Source of the DNA: the human T2T-CHM13v2.0 reference genome, Homo sapiens
Assembly: GCF_009914755.1 (NCBI RefSeq)
Contig: NC_060935.1
Length of the DNA stretch: 64,000 nt
Reading direction: 5' to 3' (one strand)
The number at the start of each line of letters is the position of its first letter. The first letter of the stretch is position 1. Both the position numbers and the translations under genes were made by a program. Positions 16,699-35,000 of the stretch are shown here, in pieces. The notes beneath the pieces are model-generated. The model worked only from the letters and a program-made list of their open reading frames with translations, was not told the origin of the DNA and ran no database searches.

Positions 16699-17540
16699 GA
16701 AACAAACAAACCAGTGAGAAAGAATGGGCTTCCCATGTATCTAGGACTCCCAGGGTATTAAATTCACACTGATCTACATCTAGCTTTTAGAAATTCATTA
16801 AAATATCAGTTGTATTCTTCTAACTGCTTTTATGATGATCATCTCTTCCTTCTGTGTGCTCCCAAATGTAACATATTTCATGTGTCCCATCTCTCATCAG
16901 GAACCCATCACTCCTTAGGATTCCATTTCCTTGATTGCTTTGTGATCTCAGTTCTCTGATTGGCTCAAATACAATTACAATTTGTAGACTTTTTTCTACT
17001 TTTTCTCATTGCTTGGGTGAAAGTGATGTGATTTTTCAGGCTTCTATATCCTAACTGGCTTATCTTGAAATTTTCTTGAAGAATATAGATCATTTAATTG
17101 TAGATATCTCTCAATTTGGGTGTTTCATATGTTTGTGTGTATCAGCATGGTATATGGCATCTATTAATCACATTACTTGTGACGTTAACTTTGATTCCTT
17201 GATTGCTACATTTCCGAACTGAAAATTACATTTTTTCCACTTTTTACATAATGTTGCTATGGGGAAATACTTTGTATATTTGTAAATATCCTATATTCTC
17301 TCAAATTTTATCCACTAGCTTTAGCAAGTATTGACACATTTTGCCTGGATCAATTATTATGCTGGTTGACAACTTGTAATTTTATAATTTTATATTTCCT
17401 TATCCATTTCGTTATCCACTGGGAGGACAAACTTTCCATTTTTTAAATTTATATATTTACATATTTTATTTATATCAGTGTGAACTTAAGAATTCTTTAT
17501 TCATGGGCTATAATCCTTTGCTATCATTATTTTAATGTTC

Positions 17541-17805
17541 TTTTTTTTTTTTTTTTTTTTTTAATTAAGACGGAGTTTCGTTCTTGTTGCCCAGGTTGGA
17601 GTGCAACGGTGCGATCTCGGCTCACCGCAACCTCCGCCTTCCCGGTTGAAGCGATTCTCCTGCCTCAGCCTCCCAAGTAGCTGGGATTACAGGTGCCCAC
17701 CATGACGCATGTTGGTCAGGCTGGTCTTGCACTTGACCTCAGGTGGTCCACCCGCCTCAGCCTCCCAAAGTGCTGGAATTACAAGCGTGAGCCACTGGGC
17801 CTGGC
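17541..17805 (-). mobile_element. AluSp-like, lacking about 40 bp including the central A-rich linker
   Basis: caccatgacg joins directly to catgttggtcagg. Confidence 0.9.
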
Positions 17806-18798
17806 AGTGTTCTAGTTTTTCTAGGTTTGCCCAAGGGAACTGCTTAGAGCTGGCCCCTGTGTCCTTTGACAAGCCCTATCATTATTTAGACTCTTCGTAC
17901 TTTCTGTTACTAAAAGATGTTCTAGATTCATCTTGTAGTTTCTCTGCTCCAGCCCATGAGCCAGTCATTTCTCCAATGAGTGCTCATTTCATTTCATGGA
18001 GAATGGTATTTAGAAGTCAAGATATGGGCAGTCATTTTTATTTTTAAAATAATACCCATAAACTAGGAAAAGACATGAAACAAATTGATAATAAGGAATT
18101 AACCTACAACTTGCCTGGAACATAAGAGATCCTCAATATAAGTTTATTGAATGAGTGAACAGTATTTAAAAAGTAGATTTTAGTAGGTAGTCTGCATTTG
18201 ACAATTTTATCCAATCCCGCAGTTTTTCTCCTCTCCCCAAATCTCTTGCAAGAATAATTTTAATTCCCCTAAGTTTCAGATTTAAGTCTGTCACTCAGTT
18301 ATTTAAATATGCTCTTATATTATCATTTGCACAAAATCTAAGCTTCTTGACTTAACGTTACAGCTCAGACCCTAATTCATACGTAAATATCTACGCTTCC
18401 ATTAACTGTGTGTTCCAATGAGAATTTGCTAACAACAAAAGACGTCTTACTCTATCCCTATATCTTTCTTATATTGTTCCATTGGTTGAAAATATATCTA
18501 CCTTACAGAACAAATGTTACTCATCCATGAAGCTTTCTCTGATTTCCTCTAGCTTGGAATGATTTACACATTTTCAAACTCATAAAATGATGGTCTATTA
18601 GTTTATTTATATTGGCTCATCTCTCACACTTCTCATATAAGAAGCATACTAGATTTGTATTACCTTTGCAAATAACATTTGGATAGATTGACCACTTACC
18701 ACTTTGCCAGTACAGATGCATTATAATACTATTAGAACCAGCTTGTCATCACTTTGAGAAAAAAGTTCATTATTTTAAAATGATGAAAGTATGCACCT

Positions 18799-19058
18799 GG
18801 CCAGGTGCAGTGGCTCCTGCCTAATAATCTCAGCACTTTGGGAGGCCAAGGCGGATGGATCATGAGGTCAGGAGTTCAAGACCAGCCTGGCCAAGATGGG
18901 GAAACCCTGTCTCTACCAAAAATACAAAAATTAGCCGGGCGTGGTGTGGCGGGCACCTGTAATGCCAGCTACTCAGGAGGCTGAGGCAGAGAATTGCTTG
19001 AACCTGGGAGGCAGATTGGGTGACAGTGAGAGACTCCATCTCAAAAAAAAAAAAAAAA
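18799..19058 (+). mobile_element. AluS (Sg/Sx-like) with right-arm deletion
   Basis: TSD gaaagtatgcac on both sides; ggcaga joins ttgggtgacag. Confidence 0.92.
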
Positions 19059-19061
19059 GAG

Positions 19062-19176
19062 AGAAAGTATGCACTTCATTATCAGTTTTAACATCTAGAA
19101 AACATATTAAACATAACAGAAAGATGCACTTCATTATCAAAGAGTTTCAACATCTAGGAAACATATTAAACATGAC
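19062..19176. repeat. Two-copy tandem duplication, about 57-bp unit
   Basis: agaaag(t)atgcacttcattatca...aacatcta(g/r)aaacatattaaacat twice. Confidence 0.9.
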
Positions 19177-20481
19177 AAAGATATGATCATATATTGCTTA
19201 ATTCTATGATACACAACTAGCTAGAAAGATATGTTTATGTCAATTTTACAAATGAAGCAACTGTAAATATTTACATGGATTGCCAAGGTCAAGTTACTAA
19301 TAAGTGGAGGATCCAATTCTAAAATCTAGACTAACTTCAGATCTTTTCTACCTTCTCCTATAACAGGAAAGCTCCCAAATATTTATAATAAACAGACATG
19401 AAAAAATACAAAAACAAAAACAAAACCATTAATGCTTATTAAATGAGGTGTGGAAGGAATAAATGATGACATGATTCAAAAATCTGACCACTAATGCTTA
19501 TCTAAATAAGGCATAGAGCTTGTTAGATGATCTTGCATTGAGGTTAATGCAACAAAGGGAACTTTATAGGCTGAAGTTCATCTAGGCTACATCAAAAGGC
19601 AGTTTTAAAATAATCAATGGGAATAAGCTTTGTAGCTCTAACCTCACCTCCTATAGAAAGCTTTATCTAAAACTCCCACACTGGCTTATGTGCCCTTTTA
19701 TGGGCTCCACAGAACCCTCTCTCTTTATCTTTATACTTGTACAAATATCATTGCATTATTTTTTCTCTTCTTTGTGTCTTTCCAGATAGAATATGAACTC
19801 CTTCTTTAGAGATTTGACCATTTTTAAATTATTTTGTGTGGTGCTGAACCCACTGAGAGCTCATGATAAATAGGTAACAAATGAATGTCCTTGTGACCTG
19901 AAAAATCTTCATATGTATTTGTATTTAATCTGCCCAGTGATCAAAAAGTAACTATAGCTACAATATTTGTCATAATTTATCTAGCAAATCTTTTGTAAAT
20001 ATTTGTGTTTCCAAAGTGTTGGGTGTTTTTTTCAGAAGCATAAATGAGTTTTTTGAATTGTCCCTGTCTATAAAAGAATTAAAGTTATTTCTAGGTAGGT
20101 TTAAACTATTATTAAATGATAAATATTATTAGATACAATATTAAAGGAGATTGGCAAATTGGAGTAATTTCTGTTGCACTGAAGAATACTTGTATTTCAA
20201 AAAAGATCCTTGAGTATTTTCAGAATTTGCCTTCATTATAGTGAAGACCAAATGCAGTGAGACTCTCTAGTTTCCTTTTTATCTTCTATGTGTGATTAAG
20301 GGAACCCAGATACTCTAGTGCAATGCTTTCACACTGTTTTAAAACAGAAAAACCTTCTAGTAAAATACTGCATGAATGATAAGTACAGAAAATATATTCG
20401 GAGTTCTATTTTGTCCTGATTGCAGTGGAAGTGGAGAGATTTTATTAGATGTATTCCTTCCCACACTTTTCCCACTTACAA

Positions 20482-20512
<31 letters not shown>

Positions 20513-20517
20513 CACAC
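20482..20517. repeat. (CA)n microsatellite
   Basis: Directly visible. Confidence 0.95.
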
Positions 20518-21818
20518 GAGTCTCTTAAAGTTCCAGGCAACTGCAGGGTCCTGCATAGGGGAGACTGAAAACATTTGCACCAGAATGCATCATTAACAGG
20601 TTATCAGAGGTTGAATAACACCCACTCCATCAGGTCATTCATGATTCTTAATTTTTAAAAGTCCTCCAGGTAATTCCAATATTTTGCCAGCTTCAGGGAT
20701 AACTAAACTGGGTACTCTTTAGGGTCTCTTTAAAACATATGACTTTAGTATTGTTTTCCCAAAGCCTAAATTTTTCTCATCTTTTTAAAATGTTCTTATT
20801 TTTCTTCTTTTCCTCCATACTTTACTTCATTTCTTTTCTCTTCATTTTATTTCTTTTATTTTTTTCTTTCATAAATCATTCAGTCCAAAAACATTACATG
20901 GCACACGTTGTAAGTGTCTGTCCTGGGAGCACACCCATGGTGGCACAGATTGGGAGACAAAGCCCAAAGGGAATGGGAAGGCATTTTTATAGGACGATGC
21001 TACAGTGATGGCCTCATAGCCCAAGAGTGAGGGAGGTGGCCTAGCACAGGGTGCTGGAGTAGGAAATGGATGAGGAGGATGTCCTTATGGTAGGGCCAGA
21101 GCAGTAGAAGGTACTGTAGCTTGAGTGGAGTGAGGAGTGTATCCACATTGGAGGCAGAGGGCAGGTTAATGAAGTATGTCTAAAACTACTAATGGATATT
21201 TTGGTTCCTCCAAAAGGCCTAAAATCTTCTCAAAGGCATTGTGTTTCCTCCATGACCTGGCTACTGCTTCCTTCTACCTTTACCTCAACTTACTATATTC
21301 CTACCCCACTAGCCCTCCTTCAGTTTCACCAAGGCTCACACCTTGTTCAATGTTGTTCAACTTTATGCAATTCGAGAGCTCCTTCCTGGAATTCTCTTCC
21401 TGCCATTTCCCATTTAACAAACTCCTAACCATTCTTAGAAATACACTTAAAAGCCATTTCTTTGAAAAGATTTTCCAAGCTGCCAAATTAAATTAGACTT
21501 TATTGTTATTCTTTCTCATAGCACAGGATTCCTTTCTACAATAGCTCATGTTTTAATGTATAATTATATAAGTATTTAGGTAACTAATTGATTTATGTCT
21601 ATCTCCCCTATCCAACTGCAAGTTCTCTAAGAAAAGGAGCCATGTATGTTTTGCATCCCACAGGGAAGTGCCTAACTTACAGCAAGTACTGTATGCATAC
21701 TTTTTAAAAGCTTCAATTATTAGATGGATGTTTGTATGGAAAGATGGATGAGGAGATGGATGAGAGTAACTGAGTACGTAAAAGCACATTTGAACAAAGA
21801 GTTTTACATCTTGGGACA

Positions 21819-24110
21819 TGTATTAGTCCGTTTTCATACTGCTGATAAAGACACACCAGAGATTGGGAAGAGAAAGAGGTTTAATGGACTTACAATTCCA
21901 CATGGCTGGGGAGGCCTCACAATCATGGTGGAAGGCAAGGAGAAGCAAGTCACATCTTACATGAATGGTGGCAGGCAAAGAGAAAGAGCTTGTGCAGGGG
22001 AACTGCTCTTTATAAAACCATCAGATATTGTAAGACTTATTTATTATCATGAGACCAGCATGAGAAAGACCACCCCCATGTTTCAATTACCTCCCTCTGT
22101 ATCCCTTCCACTACATGTGGGAAGTGTGGGAGTTACAATTCAAAATGAGATTTGCATGGGGACACAGCCAAACCATATCATTCCACCACAGCCGCTCCAA
22201 AACCTCATGTCCTCACATTTTAAAATCAATCAAGCCTTCCTAACAGTCCCCAAAAGTCTTAACTCATTTCTGCATTAACTCAAAAGTCCACAGTTCAAAG
22301 TTTCATCTGAGATAAGGCAAGTCCTTTCCACCTATGAGCCTGTAAAATCAAAAGCAAGCTAGGTACTTCCTAGATACAATGAGGGAACAGGTATTTTTAA
22401 ACACAGCCATTCCAATGGGAGTAATTGGCCAAAACAAAGGGGCTACAGGCCCCATGGAAGTCTGAAATCCAGTGGGGCAGTCAAATCTTAGAGCTCTAAA
22501 ATGATCTCCTTTGACTCCATGTCTTACCTCCCAGTTACACTGATGCAAGAGGTGGGTTCCCCTGGTCTTGGGCAGCTCTACCTCTGTGGCTTTGCAGGGT
22601 ACAGCCTCCCTCCTGGCTGCTTTCACAGGCTGGCGTTGAGTGTCTGTGGCTTCTCCAGGTACACGGTGCAAGCTGTAGGTGGATCTATCATTCTTGGGTC
22701 TGGAGGACAATGGCCTTCTTCTCATAGCTCCCCTAGGTGGTGACCCAGTAGGGACTCTGTCTGGGGGCTCTGACCCCACATTTCTCTTCTGCACTACCCT
22801 AGCAGAGGTTCTCCATGAGGGCCCCACCCCTGCAGCAAACTTTTGCCTGGACAGCCAGGCATTCCCATATGTCCTCTAAAATCTAGGTAGAGGTTCCCAA
22901 ACCTCACTTCTTGACTTCTGTGCACTCACGGGCTCAACACTATGTTGAAGCTGCCAAGGCTTGGGGCTTGCACCCTCTGAAGCCATGGTCCGAGCTCTAC
23001 ATTGGCCCCTTTCAACCACAGCTGGAGCAGCTGAGACACAGGGCACAAAGTCCCTAGACTGCAGACAGCACAGGGACCCTGGGCCTGGCCCAGGAAACCA
23101 CTTTTGCCTCCTAGGCCTGATCCTGTATTGGGAGGGATTGCCGTGAAGACCTCTGACATGCCCTTGAGACATTTCCCCCATTGCCTTGGGGATTAACATT
23201 TGCTCCTCATTACTTATGCAAATTTCTGCAGTAAGCTTGAATTTCTCCTCAGAAAAAGGGATTTTCTTTTCTATCGCATTGTCAGGCTGCAAATTTCTCA
23301 AACTTTTATGCTCTAATTCCCTTATAAAATGGAATGCCTTCAACGGCACCCAAGCCATGTCTTCAATGCTTTGCTGCTTATAAATTTCTTCTGCCAGATA
23401 CCCTAAATCATCTATCTCAAGTTCAAAGTTCCACAAATCTCTAGGGCAGGGGCAAAATGCTGCAGTCTCTTTGCTAGAACATAACAAGAGTCACCTTTGC
23501 TCTAGTTTTCAACAAGTTCCTCATCTCCATCTGAGACCATCTCAGCCTGAAACTTATTGTTCATATCACTGTCAGCATTTTTGTCAAAGCCATTCAACAA
23601 GTCTCTAGGGAGTTCCAAACTTTCTCACATTTTTCTCTTTTACTCTGAGCCTTCCAAACCTCCAACCTCTGCCTCTGCCTCTGCAGTTCTGAAGTTGCTT
23701 CTACATTTTTGGGTATCTTTTCAGCAACATCCGACTCTACTGGTACCAATTTGCTGTATTAGTACATTTTCACATTGCTGATAACTGAAACTGGGAAGAA
23801 AAAGAGGTTTAATGGATTTAGAGTTCCACATGGCTGGGGAGGCCTCGCAATCAGGGTGGAAGGCAAGGAGGAGCAAGTCACGTCTACATGGATGGTGGCA
23901 GGCAAAGAGAGAGAGAGCTTGTGCAGGGGAACCCCTCTTTGTAAAACCATCAGATATCATGAGACTAATTCACTATCATAAGAATAGCCCGAGAAAGACC
24001 CTCCCCTATGATTCAATAACCTCCCACTGGGTCCCTTCCATGACACATGGGAATTGTGGGAGCTAAAATTCAGGATGAGATTTGGGTGGGGACACAGCCA
24101 AACCATATCA
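21819..24110 (-). mobile_element. Full-length THE1 (THE1A/B-type MaLR): LTR 21819-22180, internal 22181-23754, LTR 23755-24110
   Basis: Both LTRs read tgtattag...aaaccatatca; perfect 5-bp TSD GGACA at 21814-21818 and 24111-24115; internal MaLR ORF remnant (CPRDLWNFELE). Confidence 0.95.
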
Positions 24111-24120
24111 GGACATTATT

Positions 24121-28062
<3,942 letters not shown>

Positions 28063-28137
28063 TTATTAGGAAAAACAGGGTGGTAGATTTAGCTGGCCAC
28101 ATCTTTTCTAAGATTGTTGGTTCCAGAATTTTTATGG

Positions 28138-28138
<1 letters not shown>

Positions 28139-28179
<41 letters not shown>
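28139..28179. repeat. (TG)n microsatellite
   Basis: Directly visible. Confidence 0.95.
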
Positions 28180-28181
<2 letters not shown>

Positions 28182-28415
28182 CCAGTGAGAGAGAGAGATT
28201 GGGAATTGCACTCAGACCAACAGGTATAATCTATAAAGTAACTAGTACTGTACCTCACATATAATAGATGTTTCATATGTCATTATTATTGAAGAAATGA
28301 GAGTTTATATATGTAAAGAGTGAGTACTCTTCAGACACATTTTGCCCTAGATGTGTTAGGGTTGATTGTTAGAATGTTTTTAAATTTAATTTAAGAAATA
28401 AACATTTTTGAATAC

Positions 28416-28829
28416 TGATATTGTTTGGATGGGCACCCCCTCCAAATCGCACGTTGAAATGTAATTCCCAGTGTTGGAGGTGGGGCCTGGTGGGAGGTGT
28501 TTGAGTCATGGGACAGATCCCTCAAGAATGTCTTGGTGCCCTTTTTGCAGTAATGAGTGAGTTCTCACTGTGCGTTCACAGGAGAACTGGTTACTTATGA
28601 GCATTTGGCCCCTCCCCACTCCCTCTCTTTTGCTCCGTCTTTCACCATGTGACATGCCTGCTCTCCTTTGCCTTCTGCCATAATTGTAAGCTTCCAGAGG
28701 CCCTTACTGGAAGCAAATGCTGGAGGCGTGCTCGTAAAGCCTGCAAAACCTCAGCCAATTTAATCTCTTTTCTTTATATATTATCCAGCCTCAGGTGTTC
28801 CTTTATAGCAACACAAGTGGACTAACACA
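28416..28829 (+). mobile_element. MST (MSTB-like) solo LTR
   Basis: tgatattgtttgga...ggactaacaca; TSD aatac/aatat. Confidence 0.88.
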
Positions 28830-29256
28830 AATATTCTTGAATTTTGTTTAAATATAAATCCCTAGAGCAGGCAGGAGAGCTCCAAACATGAAAAGGCTCT
28901 GTCTATTCCCATCTTTATATAATTAGAAGCAACCTAGTTTCCATGTTAGTTTAATGCTCTGCAGAGTAAAATGGCAATGATAGAAGTATTTTCAACTAGG
29001 GTCATAACATGAACTCTTTTATTTAAAAAAGCAACTTTTAGCTTCAAGGCTTCAAAAAAAATGAGGGCATGAAATATATTTAGTTGTCTTTATTCGTTAT
29101 TTTAGTCCCAATTCTTAATTCTACTTAGTAACCACTTGGTAACATTTGATTTCTTAGAAACACACAAGGATCAACAACTTCAAAGCTAAAATTCAACTTC
29201 CTGAGAAACGAATTTGGGAACAATATCTTAATACTAACACAAAGGTGAACCTTACA

Positions 29257-29777
29257 TACAATGGTTCCCTTTCATCCCTGGGGGATATGTTCCAAGATCC
29301 TCATTAAATGCCTAAAGCCATAGATATTACTGAACCTTACATATACTATGTTTTTACCTATACATACATACTTATGGTAAAGTTTAATTTATAAATTAGG
29401 TGCCATAAGAGATTGACAACAGTAACTAATAAATTTATTATTAGTTAAGCATTGTTAAGTAAAATAAGGGTTACTTGAACACAAACACTGTGATACTGTG
29501 ACAGTGGATCTGATAACCTGATACTGTGACAGTGGATCTGATAATGGGTAGGAAGCAAATACAGTGTGGATAACATTCGACAAAGGGATGATTCATGCCC
29601 TGGGTAGGGCAGAGTGAAACAGCCCCTGATTCATCACTCTACTCAGGACAGTGCACACTTTAAACTTATGAGTTGTTTATTTCTGGAATTTTCATTTAAT
29701 ATTTTTGGACAGCAGTTGGCCATAGGCAACTAAAACCACAGAAAGAGAAACCATAGATAAAAGGAAACTACCATACA
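29257..29777. mobile_element. Tigger2/MER2-family DNA transposon fossil
   Basis: gggggatatgttccaagatcc...aagtttaatttataaattagg and ttgtttatttctggaattttcatttaatattttt...gaaaccatagataa; decayed TIRs. Confidence 0.8.
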
Positions 29778-31953
29778 GGGAAACAGTTTGGTGTATTTAT
29801 TTTTGTCGATTTCCTGTGGGATGGAAAAAATCTGTGTATCTGAAATACAAAAAATATTTTAAGACCACTTTTTTTTTGCTGTGTACCTCAAATTTAGAAC
29901 TTGACAAAAATCAAGTTTCTCTCTAGTATACATGAATAATTCGTCATGTGCTGCAGTCTGTCTCTGTTTGCTTACACCAGATATGCCTAGAGCTTCCCCA
30001 CAGTGTTTGGGAAATAATAGTTACAGAATTGTGTGTGGTTCTATCACATAATTTCTTGATAAAAATTGACCCAGGAGTTTAATTTCCCTCATCTGGAAGT
30101 CATCCTTTCTCATTTCTTACAGAAAGAAAGAAATGGAAGAAGTTATGAAATGAACTCTTAATGGTAACTGTAGAACAGGCACGATTTTAACTCAAATTTT
30201 ATCCTACTTCTAATAATAATTCTTAGTGTTTGTCTAACATTCTATAGTTCATATAGTATGTTAATGTTTACTGAGATATATTTTGTGCTTGTTTATATAG
30301 GATTCTTGAATGTTTGTGTGTTTCTCATGTTTATCTACCTTAGTTTAAATCTTGACACCACCCTCTTTTCTGATGAGAACCTCAGTGCTCATTTATTGGC
30401 TTTATGCCATGGATAAATTCTACTAACAAAAACACATACATGCACGCAGAGACACATGCTTAAGGAAGAACATCTGAGCAAAATCTAAAATCCAGTGACA
30501 GGGAGAGGACAAATGCATAAACACTAATAATACAAGGCAAAATGTGGTATAATATGTTAAATAAATGATACAATAAAAATGCCAAAAACATTCTGAGAAG
30601 AATAGAAATAATTATTAGGATTATTGAGCTTCTATTAGACACTAGATACTTTGCACTATACGTTGTTTTGGCCATTTACAATTATTCGATAAGATAAATG
30701 ACATATCTTTATTTTACAGATGAAATTTTTAAAAAAGAACCTTGAAGTCTGTGAGTGACCAATCAAAGATGAAAATTAATAATGGAAGACCTGGGATATA
30801 CAATCAAGTCTAAAGCCTAGATATCTGGTTATTTTAGAAAAGCTTCATAGGCAAGTGTCAGTGGAGCTGTGTTATTTGAGCTGAGCTGCACCTTGAAGAA
30901 CCAAAAAAATTATAAATGGACAAATAAGACCAAGTGCCTACACCAAAAGAATTCTAATGCTTAGAAGAGTTGCAGAATAAAATATGTTGCATGGGATGTC
31001 AATAGTAAAGGTCAAGATAGAGGACAAAGAAACACAGAGGAAGGAGGTTAATGGAATGAGAGAAGAAAGTCTTTTTAGAGGAAGTTGATATTTCACCTGA
31101 GTTGTAAAAGGTATGTAGGTAGAGAAGAAAGGTAAGTGAAAGGGGTATAGAGCCACTTCTGACAGAGGGACTAGAGGTTACAGAGACATTGAAATGCAGG
31201 ATCACAAAATCATCAGAAAATAGCAGGTAGTTCATAATTGCTGGAGCCTGGAACAGAGATCCCAATGCACAGGACGTGTGAGTGAGCCAGGGAATTGGTG
31301 AGGGAGGATGTGTACCCATGAGAAATGAGTCTTGTGATTAGCAGCCAAATGGACCTCAAATGAAACTCTCCCCTTGACTCTATTCACAGGAATTTTCTAA
31401 CCATTATCTTTTACCCCTCTTAGGCACACACATGGAACTCAGTTACCATATATACATATGTCATTTTCATTTATTTTTAATATATTTACACTTGGTTTAA
31501 ACCAGGAACTAATTATTTCATGGGATGGAGCTTCTTAAGTGAATATATCTTAATGAGAGACCCTGATCCTGTCTGCAGTTTTGCAGGATCCGTAATGTGA
31601 TTTGATTACCTTCTCCAAGGATGAGCAGGCCCTAGGGGACTGCATCAGACTAATGAAGCTTACAAATCAACAAATTTAATGCCAATATTGGGTAAAGGAA
31701 ATGTCATTTAGTGAGAACCTACTCCATACAATAGTAGACACTTCACTCATATTATTTAAATTAGTTGTCACTACAACACAGTGATGTAGTTCTTTCTTTA
31801 TCCCAATTTTATAGATGAGAAATTCAAATGAGAACATTAAATAATCTCACCTCATTTCAAAGCTACCAAGTTTTGAAGCAAAGAATCAAACCTAAGATTC
31901 TTTGATGTCTACTTCATGCAATGGGCAGAGAATACTCACAGTGGCTGAAAAAA

Positions 31954-31957
31954 ATGA

Positions 31958-31991
<34 letters not shown>

Positions 31992-32033
31992 GGTGGTGAT
32001 GATGGTGGTGGTGATGATAATGATAATGATGAT
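31954..32033. repeat. Compound (GAT)n(GGT)n(GAT/AAT)n triplet repeat at the edge of a MIR
   Basis: Directly visible. Confidence 0.9.
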
Positions 32034-35000
32034 ATAATTAAAGTAATTATAATTTATTGAATGCTTACTTTGTGAGAGTAATACATTATATACCTTATCT
32101 TTTGTAACCTTCAAACAATTCTATTTGATGGGAAATTATTTCCATTTTAGAAATGGGGAAAGAGATGTTCAGAAAGTTTAAATAGCTTTCCAATATCCAA
32201 ACCTGGTTAGGTGGTGGGGCAGATATTAAAACCACGTCTCTCTGACCACACAGAACTATTCACCACTAGCAGAGTAAAAGAATATCTGATGAAAATAATA
32301 CCTGAGTAGGAGAGTCAGAGTGAAGAGAATATATTAGTTGAGAGAATATTTCATCTAGGTTGTGGCAAAGAACAGAAAACCATTGACATTCTCCCAGTGA
32401 GGACACTGATCATGTATCTTTATAACTCAATGAAACAAACATTGAACACTTTATACCATTGTTTTTCACTTTTACTAATAATTCTTATCAGTCACAAAAA
32501 GCTCTGGTGACTATCTGTATTCATGATAGAAAATATGTGTTCTAATTTCAGTATGTACGTCTCACCGTTTAATAGGAGAAATTTTAGGTAGTGAGAAAGA
32601 AACAAATGTCTCAAACCTGAGCAAAACATTAATACTTTTTGATACTTTAAGAATCGTTCTTTATCAATTAGTAATACTTCTGATTAACATCCCAATCAGT
32701 GAAGTTAGAGTTTAGCCTACAAAGCTGATACATGTGTGATAGTATTACAAACTTAAAATCTTGTGAATAGATCAAAAACTTTAGCAGACATTCCTTTCTA
32801 GTACCTAGACTAACACTCTTATCAAGATAAGAATTTTTTGTCATTTTCATTTATTTTGGCTTTTACTAGAAAGACACTCTTTGCAGAAGCAACATTTGAA
32901 CTGGCTTTCTTTGAAGTGAGTACTCTTATTGACAGTTTGAAATAAACCTAGACCCTTGCTCAACATCAATACATCTGGGAAATTTTGTCTAACATTCCTT
33001 TGTTCCTTTAACCTAAACTCCTTGAAGAGGGGATTGACTTATTTGTACTATAACCCAGTTATCTGGTATGAGATTTGGTAAAAATAAACATGATTTCTAA
33101 ATGTTAGTTGAAGAAATAAATATTTGAATGAATTTACCAGCTTTAGACCTTGTTTCAATTTTACATTGCTTACATTTTGGAAAGATGTTGCAGATGAGCC
33201 GTCTCATTCATTTATTTTTATTCTTTTGCAAAGAATGTCTTTGGGGGCTGCTTATCAAGATTTCCTGTGTGTGTCCTGTCTGACTTGGTATCCTCCAGGC
33301 TCTGGTGAGTTTCCTCACCAGCCTGGGACACTTCCGTTTTTCCTTCTCCACTAACTCACATCACATTTCGGGATAGGGCTTCTAACCCCTCTTTTAATAG
33401 ACACAGTTTTTAACAGCATTCTATCTTAAACATGAATAAACAGTTGGAATGTAGGCAACTTAGAGAATGTTTAAACAAATGAGAAGTAGCTGGAAGGTTG
33501 AGAAAAGGTCACTACAGTTATTGAGAGGAGTCTGACTCATGAAACAAAACAAAACAAAGCAAAACAAAAGTTACTTAACTGACAAAAAGCAAATCAGAGA
33601 AAAAAACAATCATGAGAACATTTTGGGTGGCTGGCTGAGGCAATACCAAAACTTCAAGTGATGAGAATGGGAAGTTAATCAGAAAAGACTGCTCCTAGGG
33701 TGGTGAACCTAGTGTGACTCCTGGAGGGAGGCTTTTTCCCAGCTGTCTCTCTGACTTTTCTGGGTATCTGCATTCTCACTTGTTAAACAAGGGGGTTATA
33801 TTAAAGTAGATATAATATTATTTCCATTTCTAATCTTTTACATTGGGCTCTAAGTTTTTAGCAGACTAAATTCTTATGTTTTAGGGAATATAGTTAATCT
33901 CATATAGTTTGGTCTTTATATGTTTTTCTTCATTATTTAACCCATATTTATTGAGTGACTCTGGTTTGAGCACTGTGTTACGCAGTGTGCAGGCAAGATG
34001 AGTAAGACAAAAGCACTGTCATCGAATGCCTCATAGTCCGAGGGACCACCGCATTATTAACAGTGACTTAGCAATCAGGAGCAGAGGAGATGGCTGGGAC
34101 AGGGAGGTAAGGATGCAGGGATGGAGATGGAATGAAAAGGATAAGACCGAAGGAAAATATTTTATCATCTCCTGAAATACATGAAGGTTACCATTTTATC
34201 TTAGAGAATAAAAACTGGTTATGATTTTTGTTTTTACTCCTTTGGTTATAAATGTGTTGAGCTCTGGATCAACTTGCTGCACTAAGGATGGTAGTGCTGA
34301 CTGGGATTACTTAAAAGGTTAATGAGGAGTTCACTAGCCTTTCCATAGTTTCTATAATAGAAGATAGCTAACTCTTAGTTTTATTGATGTGGGGCACTAC
34401 CTAGCCTGGCCTATAGATTTGTGTTTACCATGCGGTAGCTGCTTGGCGATCTGGGAGGCTGCTTGGTGATTCCTCATACAGCTTGATGCTGACCTGAAAG
34501 ATTAAAATGCACAGAGAGCAGTGAGAATAGAAGAGCCTAGAACTGCTTGGGAAATTTGAATGCTCTCTTGGGCCGTCCAGGTGGGCAGAATATGTGAAAC
34601 AGATGGGCAGAAAATAATAGTAAATGGTGTGGGCTATTAATTAAATGGAAAGAGCATATTTCACCTAGATGTCTTCAGATTCTTGTTTCTTTCCTCACTC
34701 CTTCATGCCGTGAACCCTGTGCCTGAAAGCACAGAACAGCCAGCCCTAAGTCTCAGTTTGAGAGTTATCGTGGCCAAGACAATTCTTTCCTTCACTATGG
34801 CTTTCGAGGTATAATGCCTGATCATTGCATGGCATACTGTAGCAGTTAAGTAAGGAAACATTGTTTTGGTTGCTGTTCATTTGTTTTTATCCCCCCTTGT
34901 CTAAAAACATGCTTAGGTAAGTAGTAAATATATCACTAAGATGTTATTGGGAAACAATGCTGGATTTAGAGCTAAATATATGTAATTCATGTAAGGGATT

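Noticed and set aside
21724-23487. ORFs of 159-203 aa
   Set aside because: They lie within the THE1 LTR/internal sequence; MaLR remnants or antisense frames, not host genes
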